DNA of 64,000 nt from Candidatus Eremiobacteria bacterium. GTDB lineage: Bacteria > Vulcanimicrobiota > Vulcanimicrobiia > Vulcanimicrobiales > Vulcanimicrobiaceae. Of the stretch, positions 8,846-18,039 are shown in pieces. The first letter of the stretch is position 1. The number at the start of each line of letters is the position of its first letter. The translations under genes and the position numbers were made by a program. The stretch covers positions 480,001-544,000 of the forward strand of contig CAVTRC010000001.1 of NCBI GenBank assembly GCA_963737065.1, read 5' to 3'. The notes below the pieces were generated by a model. That model was not told the DNA's origin. It made no database searches and saw only the letters and a list, made by a program, of their open reading frames with translations.

Positions 8846-10267
8846 TCACGTGTTTACCTCTACGATCTTTTGTTGCGGAAATTGCGGCAATGCGTCGAGA
8901 TCATCCGCGAGCGCGCGCGCGCGTTGTGGTGCGGTGCCGACGTGTTTGCCGGGGTCGAGCAGACGGCGAACCTCCGCCGGATCGATGAGCGCGGTGAGCG
9001 ACGGCTCCGCCGAGAGCGTTTGCGCAAGCGGATTGTCTTCGCCTGCGGCGAGCGACGTCCACGCTCGCATTGCCGCGCTGCGGATCGTCTCGTGCAATTC
9101 CTGACGATTGCCGCCGGCGCGAACGGCCTCCATCATCACCGCCTCCGTGCCGGCAAACGGCCCGTAGGTTCGGAGATTGTGCGCAATGCGCCGCTCCTCG
9201 ACCCGCAGACCGTCGATCACTTTGCGTGCGAGCGAAACGATCTCGTCGGCGCAGAGTAACGCCTCGGGAAGAATCGTTCGCCGGTTCGCGCTGTCGTCGA
9301 GCGTCCGTTCCAAGTAATTCGTTGCCGCGTTCTGCCAAGCGACGTCGGCGTAGCTCACAAGCAAACGCGCAAGCGAATCGATGCGCTCGCTGATGATGGG
9401 GTTACGTTTGAACGGCATCGCGGAACTGCCGACTTGTGATTTTCCGAACGGTTCGGCAACTTCGCCGAACTCGGGGCTCGAGAGAATACGAATGTCCGCG
9501 GCAAACTTTGAAAGCGACGCGCCGAGTCCGGCGAGCGCGGAGAGCAAAAGATAGTCCAGCTTGCGCGGGTACGTCTGGGTGCTGATTCGGCGCGCTTGCA
9601 AACCGAAGCGCTGCAATACGTCCCGTTCGATTTGTGCGGAAGCACCGGAGCGATCCAGCAAGTGCTCGTACGATGCTGCCGTGCCCACCGCACCGCGCAG
9701 CCCCTTCGTCGTCAACTGCTCGAAAACGAATCGCAAGTTGGTATCGTCAATCAACAGATCTTGCGCGTAAACCGCGAGACGGTATCCGAGCGTCGTCGGC
9801 TCGGCGGGCTGCAAGTGCGTGAACGCCATGCACACGAGCTCGCTGTACTGCCGCACGCGTCCGGCAAAGGCGTTGAGCAGCGCGCGAAGGTTCTCACCGA
9901 CCAGCGAGAGCGCACGTCGCAGCCGGTACGTTTCGACCGTGTCTTCGATATCCATCGACGTCGCGCCGAGATGCAGTTTCCCGCCTCCGCGCTTCGCCTG
10001 CGCCGCGAACACGTGAATCTCCGCCATCAGATCGTGATGGATTTCCCGCTCGATCGCGAGTGCAGCGTCGATGTCGACGTCGCCGGCGTGGGCCTCGATA
10101 TCGGCGAGTTCGTCGGCCGCTACGAGTCCGTGACATGCCTGCGCCCGTGCAAGCGCCACCCACACCGCGCGCCACAGCTTGCGTCGCTGTTCCTCGGAGA
10201 AGAGCGCGCGAAGCTCGGCACGGCCGTATCTCCAAGAGAACGGCGACGCATACGTACGGTAATCCAT
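8846..10267 (-). CDS. purB: Adenylosuccinate lyase
   Basis: LHLGATSMD, FTHLQPAEPTT, QVGSSAMPFKRNP, ERTLDDSANRR. Confidence 0.96.
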   Translation of the reverse strand: MDYRTYASPFSWRYGRAELRALFSEEQRRKLWRAVWVALARAQACHGLVAADELADIEAHAGDVDIDAALAIEREIHHDLMAEIHVFAAQAKRGGGKLHLGATSMDIEDTVETYRLRRALSLVGENLRALLNAFAGRVRQYSELVCMAFTHLQPAEPTTLGYRLAVYAQDLLIDDTNLRFVFEQLTTKGLRGAVGTAASYEHLLDRSGASAQIERDVLQRFGLQARRISTQTYPRKLDYLLLSALAGLGASLSKFAADIRILSSPEFGEVAEPFGKSQVGSSAMPFKRNPIISERIDSLARLLVSYADVAWQNAATNYLERTLDDSANRRTILPEALLCADEIVSLARKVIDGLRVEERRIAHNLRTYGPFAGTEAVMMEAVRAGGNRQELHETIRSAAMRAWTSLAAGEDNPLAQTLSAEPSLTALIDPAEVRRLLDPGKHVGTAPQRARALADDLDALPQFPQQKIVEVNT

Positions 10268-10293
10268 GGGACGAAGGCTCGGTTCGCCCCCGC

Positions 10294-12420
10294 TTAGAGT
10301 GCTGCCTCGTCGCCTTTCGTCGCAGCCGCCAAAGTGGCGGAGCGGAGTTCGAAATCCGCTAAAGCGAGCGAAAGATGTTCGGGCGAACCCGAGTCGATCG
10401 CCCGCAGGCCCGCTTTGCGAAGCGCCTCATCGGTGAAGTGCCGCAACTGTTGTTCGGTCATCCCTTCCGTCCGCGCTTCGAGCGTCTCCATCGCCGCGTC
10501 GAGATCGAACTCGAGCGGCTTGCGATCCAGCAGCTCGCGCAACTTCGCGCGGCGGCTTCCCGGGTCGAGCTCGTGCAAGTCAATCGTCTCGGTAAGGCGT
10601 TCGCGCACTTCCGGATCGACCTTTTCAGCATCCGCAACCGTGGCGAGAATGAAGATCGGCACCTTATTGGCTTCGAGTTCGTCAACGAGCACCGCGAAAT
10701 GCGCGAGTGCGCCGGGATCCGCATATTCGGGTACGTCAACCGCGACAAGCGCGCGCCCGCGATGGCGCGCGCGGAGCATAGCCTCGTCGATGTCGTCCAC
10801 GAGCGTATCGAATACGGGGAGTGACGTCTGTTCTGCAAGGCTGCGAATCACGCACTGCTTTGCGGCGTTCGAAGACCCGGCGATAAGCACCGCGCGAGGG
10901 ACCGTGATGCCTTGCGATTCCATCGTTTCGACGTGCGCGAACATCGCCGCGAGCAAACGCAGCCGCTCGACAATGAGTTCGGGCAGAACCACGTCATCAA
11001 TCGGCAAGTTGACGGCCGCGGCGGCGCCGTCGATGATCCTGGTGACCTGATCGATCGTGGCTTCGGCCGGCGTCAAATCGACGACTGCGGCGAAGCCGGC
11101 GATCATCGCCTGATCTAACGCGTCACGCGATTTCGCCGCTGCAACGATCCATACGCGATCGGTCTCGGCGAGCGATTCCCATTCCTTGACGATCGCTTGT
11201 ACGACTTCACGGCGCATCGCTTCGTATTGCATCGAGCCGCCGGATACGAAGAAACGTTCGGCCTCATCGATGAAGAGAATAGAACGCGTACGCTTCGCCG
11301 ATTCGAACAAACGCGACACCGTCGAAGCGCCTTGGCCGACGTATCCGATTTTTATTTGCGAGAACGACAGGCTGTGCAGCGATGCAGCAGACGCGCGAGC
11401 GAGCGTTTGCAACACGTCGGCCGGTTCCGCGCAATTGCCGGCGACCAAGAACAGTCCGCGTCGCGCCGAGCAATCCCCGAGACGAAACATCAGTACCTGG
11501 CGCAGCAGTTCATCCTGCACGACGGAGGAGACGGGAAGTGAACGCACGATCGCGGCGGTCCCGTCGTACTCGCGCAACTCGTCTTCCAGCTTGCGCAACC
11601 GTTCGTCGAGCGTCTTGCGCTGACCGAAGTGCTGCACGACCGTACGAAACTCCGCCGCCTCTTTTTCCACGCTGGGCAGATGCCGTTCGAGCGCGCGCTG
11701 AAACGATACCCCGTATGCGCGGATGAACGGATTTTCAAGATCGGCGTGGACGAGCGTCGGCTTCTTGTCCGGAAAGCGCGTCAAGAGCACGTTGCTGCGC
11801 CGATCGTCGATCACTTCAGCGAACGTTTCGTCGAGCGCATCCTTTTCACGAACGCCCGGGATCTTCCAGGCGCGATCCGCGATCGCCCCGTCGCGCGGAC
11901 CATCGAAACCGATCAGCGGATGGCTCAATCCGGGTTCATAATGCGTGAACGCCACGAAACGGACGTCTTTGCCGTCACGCGCGAGATATGATGAGCGCGC
12001 CTTCTTCACCGGCGCCAAACATTGATCGCGCGCAACGAAATAGCCAATCAGCGCAAGCACGATGTAGGCCGCCGCAGCGATGAAGGCGCCGGCCGCCTGG
12101 AGCAGTGCTACCGCCGCGACGGCGGCGAGCACAAACGCCGCAATGGAAAACCACTGGTATCCGATCAGCCATCCGAAGGTAAGCGCCGAGGTGATGCTCT
12201 CACGCTCGCGCGCCGCCTGCACCTTCGCGAAAACGTCGCGCCAGGTCGCAGTCGCCATCGTGTCCAGGGCAGTACGAATCTCGCCCAGCCGTTCGCGGTC
12301 GTTGACGATCTGCCGCTCCAGATCTTCGCATTCAGCGCGCGCCCGTTCGACGTCGCTCTGAAGTTCGCGCTTCGGATCACCGCCGTATGTCCCAGCCTCC
12401 TGCCGGATCATGACATCCAT
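10294..12420 (-). CDS. Membrane-anchored tandem AAA+ domain protein with degenerate catalytic motifs
   Basis: N-terminal coiled coil, two hydrophobic helices, AAA features (IKIGYVGQGASTVSRLFESAK, ILFIDEAE, GITVPRAVLIAG, RTEGMT) but no GxxxxGKT. Confidence 0.7.
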   Translation of the reverse strand: MDVMIRQEAGTYGGDPKRELQSDVERARAECEDLERQIVNDRERLGEIRTALDTMATATWRDVFAKVQAARERESITSALTFGWLIGYQWFSIAAFVLAAVAAVALLQAAGAFIAAAAYIVLALIGYFVARDQCLAPVKKARSSYLARDGKDVRFVAFTHYEPGLSHPLIGFDGPRDGAIADRAWKIPGVREKDALDETFAEVIDDRRSNVLLTRFPDKKPTLVHADLENPFIRAYGVSFQRALERHLPSVEKEAAEFRTVVQHFGQRKTLDERLRKLEDELREYDGTAAIVRSLPVSSVVQDELLRQVLMFRLGDCSARRGLFLVAGNCAEPADVLQTLARASAASLHSLSFSQIKIGYVGQGASTVSRLFESAKRTRSILFIDEAERFFVSGGSMQYEAMRREVVQAIVKEWESLAETDRVWIVAAAKSRDALDQAMIAGFAAVVDLTPAEATIDQVTRIIDGAAAAVNLPIDDVVLPELIVERLRLLAAMFAHVETMESQGITVPRAVLIAGSSNAAKQCVIRSLAEQTSLPVFDTLVDDIDEAMLRARHRGRALVAVDVPEYADPGALAHFAVLVDELEANKVPIFILATVADAEKVDPEVRERLTETIDLHELDPGSRRAKLRELLDRKPLEFDLDAAMETLEARTEGMTEQQLRHFTDEALRKAGLRAIDSGSPEHLSLALADFELRSATLAAATKGDEAAL

Positions 12421-12431
12421 ATATACCTCGG

Positions 12432-13418
12432 TTATCGGCGGCTAAGAGACGAAAGCTCCGTCGTTATCCTCTCAACCAACGTCCGATGCTCTTCAGGATC
12501 GCTTCCCGCGCTGCCGGTGACGATCGACTCTACGCCGCGAACGGCGCGCTCGTACGCTGCGCGCGCGCGCCGCTCGCCGATCCGCATCGCAATCGGGCGC
12601 AGAACCCGTTCGCGCCAGCGCGCGCGGGCCGGCAGGTCGCCGCCCGGCCGCGCGAGCTCCCAGATGAACGAACATTCCGTCGCGAGCGCAGAAAGCAGGG
12701 GGATCGCCGCGCCGCGCGGATCGTTCGTAAAAAGTTCGTGCGCGATACCCATCGCTTGCGCGGTCTTCCCGTCGACGAGTGCGCTCGCATAGAGGTATGC
12801 TTTCGGATCGTCGATCGAGAGCGATTCGCTCTCGAGCTCCTTGAACGTAATCTTCTTTCCGGTCAGCGCAAGTTTCTCGAGGTCGTTTCGCACGGCGGCG
12901 AGTTCGGCTTCACTGCGTGCAAGCTCCGAGACGACACGTGGTTCGGCGGTCGCGCGCAGTGCATCGAGCGTTTCTCGAATGAAACGCGTGCGCGTCTCTT
13001 CGTTTGCCGACGTATCGATCCGTAGTGCGGCGCGTCCCAACTGCACCCCGAGCGGTTCCGGACGCTGCGAACGCGGGGACAGCAGGTCGGTGATCACGAG
13101 CGTATTTCCCGACGGCACGTTTTCGGCAACCGCAAGCAAATCGCGGCGCGGCTGCGCTTTGAGCGATTGAGCGTCGGTAACGAGCACGACGCGCCGGTCG
13201 GCGAGAAACGGCATCGCCGAAAGCGCTTCGCGCACCCGGACTGCGTCGGACCATTCCGATGCCGGGAGGCGTTCGAGATTGAGGTCGCGCAGGTCGGAGG
13301 GCAAAAGCCGGTCGAGCACGAGTTCCACCGCGCGCTCCGCCAGCGCGCGTTCCGTGCCTTCGATCACGACGAGCGAGCCGATCTTCGGTTCTTTATCGAC
13401 GAACTCGTAGTACTTCAC
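12432..13418 (-). CDS. holA: DNA polymerase III subunit delta
   Basis: VIEGTERALAERAV, DLNLERL, AMPFLADRRVVLV, NDLEKLAL; GTG start overlaps the upstream stop. Confidence 0.8.
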   Translation of the reverse strand: MKYYEFVDKEPKIGSLVVIEGTERALAERAVELVLDRLLPSDLRDLNLERLPASEWSDAVRVREALSAMPFLADRRVVLVTDAQSLKAQPRRDLLAVAENVPSGNTLVITDLLSPRSQRPEPLGVQLGRAALRIDTSANEETRTRFIRETLDALRATAEPRVVSELARSEAELAAVRNDLEKLALTGKKITFKELESESLSIDDPKAYLYASALVDGKTAQAMGIAHELFTNDPRGAAIPLLSALATECSFIWELARPGGDLPARARWRERVLRPIAMRIGERRARAAYERAVRGVESIVTGSAGSDPEEHRTLVERITTELSSLSRR

Positions 13419-13876
13419 AGCGATTCGACGTAGCGTTTGAGCGATGAGAGCGTCCGCAGATTTTCCTTTTGGAAACCCCACACGAGCAACGGCGTTGCTA
13501 TTTTGAACAGGCCGGGCGATTCCCACGTCAGCCGCAATTCCCGAATCACTAAGGTGCTGCGGTCTCTCGGCTCAAAACTGTACCTGATGCGCGCGTCCAC
13601 GTCCACGCTAATCGGCCGCCGCACTTGCGCGACTTGATGAAAGCCTATGTGGCTCGGTGGTTCGAATTCGGTAACGACGCCCTGCTTTTCGACCGGAGGC
13701 GCTTCCACATACGTCGTTCCCACTCGGATCGGATACGGCGTGATCGTGTTCGTCCCGCCGAACGCGCTGGAGTCGGCGAGCCACCTGCTGTAGTTCGGGA
13801 GGTCGGCAACGACGGCAAAAACGATGTGCGACTGCGCCGCCATCTCGGAAGAAAACCGGAATTCCTTAACGGCCAT
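13415..13876 (-). CDS. SRPBCC / polyketide cyclase-like (START fold) protein
   Basis: VFAVVADLPNYSRW, VTEFEPPSHIGF, C-terminal helix LSSLKRYVES. Confidence 0.8.
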   Translation of the reverse strand: MAVKEFRFSSEMAAQSHIVFAVVADLPNYSRWLADSSAFGGTNTITPYPIRVGTTYVEAPPVEKQGVVTEFEPPSHIGFHQVAQVRRPISVDVDARIRYSFEPRDRSTLVIRELRLTWESPGLFKIATPLLVWGFQKENLRTLSSLKRYVESL

Positions 13877-13886
13877 CGACGCGCCG

Positions 13887-14906
13887 TTATACGAGCGCGC
13901 TGAAGCCGGCACGATATTGCAGCGGCGGAATCGTTTCATGATACGGCGGACGAACGATGCCATACTCGGTAATGAATGCGGTAACGAGGTGTCCCGGCGT
14001 TACGTCGAAAGCCGGATTGTACACCCTCGCGTCCTTCATCGACACGGTGACCGCGCCGAACGACGTGACTTCTTCAGGTTTACGCTCTTCGATCTGGATT
14101 GCATCCCCGTTTGCAATCGAAAAATCGAACGTGCTGCGCGGTGCGGCAACGTAAAACGGAATACCGTGATGCGCGGCGAGAACAGCCAGGCCGTACGTCC
14201 CGATTTTGTTGGCCGTATCGCCGTTGGAGGCAATGCGGTCGGCACCGACGATGACGAGCTCGATGCCTTTACGCTGCATCGCGATCGCGGCCGCGGCGTC
14301 CACTTGCAGCGTTGCCTCGACGTCTGCCTGCGCGAGCTCAAAGTATGTCAGCCGTCCGCCCTGAAGCAGCGGGCGGGTTTCGTCTACGTACACATGTGGC
14401 TTTTTGCCCGCGCGCGCCGCGTGAATGATCACCCCGAGCGCGGTACCGCCACCCGCGGTCGCGATAGGTCCGGTGTTGCAATGCGTAAGAACGCTCGCGC
14501 TTTTTGGTAGAATCTCGAGACCGTGGTCCGCGATCGCTTTGTCGATTGCAATCTGTTCGCGATGGATTGCTTGCGCTTCGAGCAGCATGTCGGGCGCGGC
14601 TAGAACCCGGTCCACCGCCCACGCGAGATTTACTGCGGTTGGACGTGCACGCCGCACGCGTTCGGCGGCGCGATTGAACTCGGCGTCGTCAGCGATCGTC
14701 GCGCGAAGTAACGCTACGCCGTAAGCGCCGAACACACCGATAGCCGGGGCGCCGCGCACGGCGAGCGTCTCAATGGCCTGGACGATATCCTCGACGTTGT
14801 GCGCACGTTTCCGCACGACTTCGTGCGGCAGCAGTCGTTGATCGATATACGAAACGGCCTCGCCGTCCCAAGACACAGCGGAGAGATCTTCGTCCGTAAA
14901 TGACAT
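13887..14906 (-). CDS. mtnA: S-methyl-5-thioribose-1-phosphate isomerase
   Basis: IDQRLLP, VRGAPAIG, RPTAVNL, LTHCNTG, DETRPLLQG, GADRIASNGDTANKIGT, NPAFDVTP. Confidence 0.96.
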   Translation of the reverse strand: MSFTDEDLSAVSWDGEAVSYIDQRLLPHEVVRKRAHNVEDIVQAIETLAVRGAPAIGVFGAYGVALLRATIADDAEFNRAAERVRRARPTAVNLAWAVDRVLAAPDMLLEAQAIHREQIAIDKAIADHGLEILPKSASVLTHCNTGPIATAGGGTALGVIIHAARAGKKPHVYVDETRPLLQGGRLTYFELAQADVEATLQVDAAAAIAMQRKGIELVIVGADRIASNGDTANKIGTYGLAVLAAHHGIPFYVAAPRSTFDFSIANGDAIQIEERKPEEVTSFGAVTVSMKDARVYNPAFDVTPGHLVTAFITEYGIVRPPYHETIPPLQYRAGFSALV

Positions 14907-14959
14907 CGCGCCGAGCTTTCTGGCCCGGCGCGATGAGTCCATTGTCGCCGCTTTAACGC

Positions 14960-15253
14960 TCAGACGCCGGCTGGGACATGAGCCGCGTAGCACGTTCGGC
15001 AATATACCGGGCGATCGCCGCGCGGCCGGAAGGGCAGTGTCGTGCTCACGCCGCACTGCGCGCATACCGCCTCGAAGGTTGGGCGTTGTGCCGGCGACGC
15101 AATCTCGCCGTTCTGCGAACGCCGCGCTTGGCGACACTCACGACAACGTTGCGGCTGATTTACGAAGCCTTTCTCTGCGAAAAATTGCTGTTCGCGTGCA
15201 GAGAAAACGAACTGCGTACCACAGTCCTTACAAGTGAGCATCTTGTCTTCCAC
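14960..15253 (-). CDS. Zinc-ribbon protein (zf-trcl-like plus CxxC-x17-CxxC)
   Basis: LTCKDCGTQFVFSAREQQFFAEKGF...RCRECR and VCAQCG...RPVYCRTCY. Confidence 0.9.
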   Translation of the reverse strand: MEDKMLTCKDCGTQFVFSAREQQFFAEKGFVNQPQRCRECRQARRSQNGEIASPAQRPTFEAVCAQCGVSTTLPFRPRGDRPVYCRTCYAAHVPAGV

Positions 15254-15364
15254 TGAGTAGGAGCCTCCGCGCGAGCACTACTTGGGCTTGCTCAAATGCG
15301 ACTTTGGTAAGAGAACCCCTCCTTCGGAACGGTACGCAGCCAAGCGACGGCGCTCAAAAGCGAA

Positions 15365-15577
15365 CTAGTCGCTGCGCGCGTTTTTCGCATCCTCGGCGGC
15401 TATCGTCGGGTGCGTCTCGTCGTTCGTGTTCCGCGGCTCCGCATCGTTTCGTATAATGACCGGCCGTGGGCCGTTGTCCGACTCGTCGATCGGCGGGTTT
15501 TGATCTTCGTCGCTGTCTAGCGTGCCGCGATCAACGAGCGGGTCGCCGTCGCGAGTGAATTTATTGCGATCAGTCAT
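15365..15577 (-). CDS. Small acidic, probably disordered hypothetical protein
   Basis: 70-aa D/E/N/P-rich ORF filling the intergenic space, preceded by a GGTTC-N15-GGGTAC motif. Confidence 0.6.
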   Translation of the reverse strand: MTDRNKFTRDGDPLVDRGTLDSDEDQNPPIDESDNGPRPVIIRNDAEPRNTNDETHPTIAAEDAKNARSD

Positions 15578-15600
15578 AATGCGGGGTCGTACCCACGCTA

Positions 15601-16116
15601 TTACGATCGGAACCCGGCGCGCGGCGATTCATGCTGGTGCGCGAGCGCAACGAGCGACGCGGCGGCCATGGCCGCGAAATACCCTTTATCGCCTCGCTTG
15701 GGGTCGGCACGCTCAGCTGCCTGTTCCATGTTTTCCGTCGTCAACACGCCGAATCCGATCGGAACGTTGGTGGAAAGTTGCACCGCCATGATTCCGCGAG
15801 CGCATTCGCCCGCGACAAAATCGAAGTGCGGCGTTTCGCCTCGGACGATGGCGCCGAGCGCCACGACGCCGTCCACGTTGTCTTTCGCAATGATGCACTT
15901 CGATGCGAGGGGAAGCTCAAAACAACCCGGCACGTCGTAGACCAGAATGTCGGCGGGCTTTACCCCACACTCGGCGAGCGCATGTTGCGCGCCTTCTACG
16001 AGCAAATCGCTGAGCTCGCGATAGAACCGCGCAGCGATGATTGCAAACCGTTTTCCGGTGCAATCCGGCGCGGGCGAAGCGTTGGTACTTCCGTTCTGTC
16101 CGCTCCGCGGCTTCAC
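15601..16116 (-). CDS. ribH: 6,7-dimethyl-8-ribityllumazine synthase
   Basis: VPGCFELP, LGAIVRGETPHFDFVA, FGVLTT, DKG; overlaps the ribBA stop. Confidence 0.96.
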   Translation of the reverse strand: MKPRSGQNGSTNASPAPDCTGKRFAIIAARFYRELSDLLVEGAQHALAECGVKPADILVYDVPGCFELPLASKCIIAKDNVDGVVALGAIVRGETPHFDFVAGECARGIMAVQLSTNVPIGFGVLTTENMEQAAERADPKRGDKGYFAAMAAASLVALAHQHESPRAGFRS

Positions 16117-17525
16117 GAAGCGACCGTCTCGTCGAACATGTGGCCGAGTTTGGCGCGCTTTGTCGCCATGTACCGCTTGTTGTGGACGGTCGGCTGCGTT
16201 TGCATCGGCACGCGCCCGACGATCGTCAACCCGTAGCCCTCCAGCCCAAAGATCTTGCGCGGATTGTTCGTGATCAACCGCATCTCTTTGATGCCGATAT
16301 CGGCAAGAATCTGCGAGCCGATACCGTAGTCGCGCTTATCGATCGGAAGTCCAAGCGCGACATTCGCTTCCACGGTGTCGGCGCCGCGATCTTGCAACTC
16401 GTAGGCGCGCAGCTTGTTGGCAAGTCCGATGCCGCGTCCTTCTTGCCGTAGATACAGAAAGACTCCGCGGCCTTCTTTCGCGATCATCGTCATCGCGCCG
16501 TCGCGCTGCGCGGCGCAATCGCAGCGAACCGATTGCAAAGCGTCGCCGGTCAAACACTCGGAGTGCACGCGCACCAACACGTCTTTGCCGTCGCTGATGT
16601 CTCCCATGACGAGCGCGACATGCGTATTGCCGTCGATTGTCGTTTCGTAAGCGACGCCTCTCCAATCGCCCGTCGTCGAAGGCAGCGTGAATTCGGCAAC
16701 TTTTCTTACGAGTTTTTCCGTGCGCATCCGATAGGCGATGAGGTCCTTCACGGTGATCAGCTTAAGGCCGTGGCGATCGGCATACTTGCGTAACCCCTCT
16801 AGACGCTCCATCGTTCCGTCTTCCGCCATGATTTCGCAGATGACGCCGGCCGGGTACAGTCCCGCGAGGCGCGCGAGATCGATCGACGCCTCGGTCTGTC
16901 CTGCCCTCACGAGCACGCCGCCGTCACGCGCGCGCAACGGAAACGTGTGACCGGGGCGCAAGAAATCGGTGGATGTCGCATTTGGATCGATCAGTTTTTT
17001 GATCGTCGCCGCACGATCGTGCGCTGAGATTCCGGTGGTCGTAACGCCGCGAGCTTCTACGGATACGGTAAATGCCGTCTCGTGGACAGCCGTATTTTCA
17101 TTGACCATTTGCGGAATCTGCAGTTGGTCGAGGCGCGTGCCGACCATCGGCACGCAGATGAGGCCCCCGGCCTCCTTGCGCATGAAGTTGATTGCGTCCG
17201 CGCTAACCATCTGTGCCGCCATAACGAGGTCGCCTTCGTTCTCGCGGTCCTCATCGTCGAGCACGACGACCATCTTCCCGGCGCGGACATCATCGACGGC
17301 GTCTTCGATGGAATCGAACTCGCTCTCAGGCTCTTGATCGGCCGACGGCGCGAGTTCGGGCAGCACGTTGGTGAGGCGCCGCAAGGTTCCGTACGACGGT
17401 TCTCTGCGGCCCGAACGCAGAAGCGACACAGCCGATTCCGTCACCCCTGAACGCTGGGCAAGCTCCACTGCGGAAAGACCCGCCGCATCCATCGCAGCGT
17501 TAAGGGCGTCGGCGAACAGACTCAT
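16113..17525 (-). CDS. ribBA: Bifunctional DHBP synthase / GTP cyclohydrolase II with N-terminal XRE-family HTH
   Basis: DDEDRENEGDL, TTGISAHDR, RPGHTFPL, RVHSECLTGD, RCDC, QEGRGIGL, TNNPRK; first ~58 aa are a Cro/C1-type HTH (LSAVELAQRSGVTESAVSLLRSGRREPS). Confidence 0.94.
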   Translation of the reverse strand: MSLFADALNAAMDAAGLSAVELAQRSGVTESAVSLLRSGRREPSYGTLRRLTNVLPELAPSADQEPESEFDSIEDAVDDVRAGKMVVVLDDEDRENEGDLVMAAQMVSADAINFMRKEAGGLICVPMVGTRLDQLQIPQMVNENTAVHETAFTVSVEARGVTTTGISAHDRAATIKKLIDPNATSTDFLRPGHTFPLRARDGGVLVRAGQTEASIDLARLAGLYPAGVICEIMAEDGTMERLEGLRKYADRHGLKLITVKDLIAYRMRTEKLVRKVAEFTLPSTTGDWRGVAYETTIDGNTHVALVMGDISDGKDVLVRVHSECLTGDALQSVRCDCAAQRDGAMTMIAKEGRGVFLYLRQEGRGIGLANKLRAYELQDRGADTVEANVALGLPIDKRDYGIGSQILADIGIKEMRLITNNPRKIFGLEGYGLTIVGRVPMQTQPTVHNKRYMATKRAKLGHMFDETVAS

Positions 17526-17531
17526 CTCCCC

Positions 17532-17562
17532 ACGGTATGGCGCCGACTTGACAAATGTCAAG
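17532..17562 (-). promoter_or_regulatory. Sigma70-type leaderless promoter of ribBA overlapped by a palindromic operator
   Basis: Minus strand TTGACA-N18-TACCGT-N6-ATG; inverted repeat CTTGACA-AA-TGTCAAG at 17547-17562. Confidence 0.7.
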
Positions 17563-17704
17563 CTAGGCTGCACCGCCTGACTTTGCGTATTACATAGTCC
17601 ATGGGGTTGGTTCGTAGCCGGCCGGTTAGTAGGCAGCGACTTCGCGCGTAAGCGAGCTTGGGCTTTAAACGAACACTTCTTTTGGGTACACTCCGCGTAG
17701 ATTC

Positions 17705-17723
17705 TGTAATACAATGTAGTACT
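17705..17723 (+). promoter_or_regulatory. Tandem TGTA-N-TAC(A/T) boxes, candidate RHH antitoxin operator
   Basis: TGTAATACA (17705-17713) and TGTAGTACT (17715-17723) just upstream of the toxin ribosome binding site AAGGAG. Confidence 0.5.
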
Positions 17724-17746
17724 TACACGGGGGAAGGAGAGCCCCT

Positions 17747-18032
17747 CTGCCTAGGATCACGCGACTGTATTAGGACCAAAACAATGAGGACCCATTTATG
17801 GGAGCGCCGGGTCAGTCCGGAAGACGTAGAGGAAATTCTGTTAGGATGCGACGGCGAGGAACCGACATACCGACAGCGCCGCGACAGCGACTACCTCGTT
17901 ATCTACGGAGAAACCGGAGGCGGAAGGTTACTTAAAATGGTCGGGGAGTTTCTGTCGGATGGGCACTTCAGGGTGTTCAGCGCGATCGACATGGACGACG
18001 ACGAGCGTCGAGCGTATAGAAGGGGGAAATAG
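17747..18032 (+). pseudogene. BrnT/RelE-superfamily toxin, 5' end disrupted
   Basis: Reconstruction LPRITRLY*DQNNED/HLWERRVSPEDVEEILLG...YLVIYGETGGGRLL...FRVFSAIDMDDDERRAYRRGK; TAG at 17771, extra C near 17792, CTG where a start is expected. Confidence 0.65.
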
Positions 18033-18039
18033 CAGCATC

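Noticed and set aside
17526..17700. FMN riboswitch upstream of ribBA
   Set aside because: No AGGGCGGGGUGAAAUUCCC-like core; the promoter appears leaderless.
17526..17714. Longer N-terminal extension of RibBA given by the ORF track (similar over-extensions for purL, holA, mtnA, ribD, dapA, gnd)
   Set aside because: The extensions lack homology and run through promoters or upstream genes; shorter starts match stop-start overlaps or -10 spacing.
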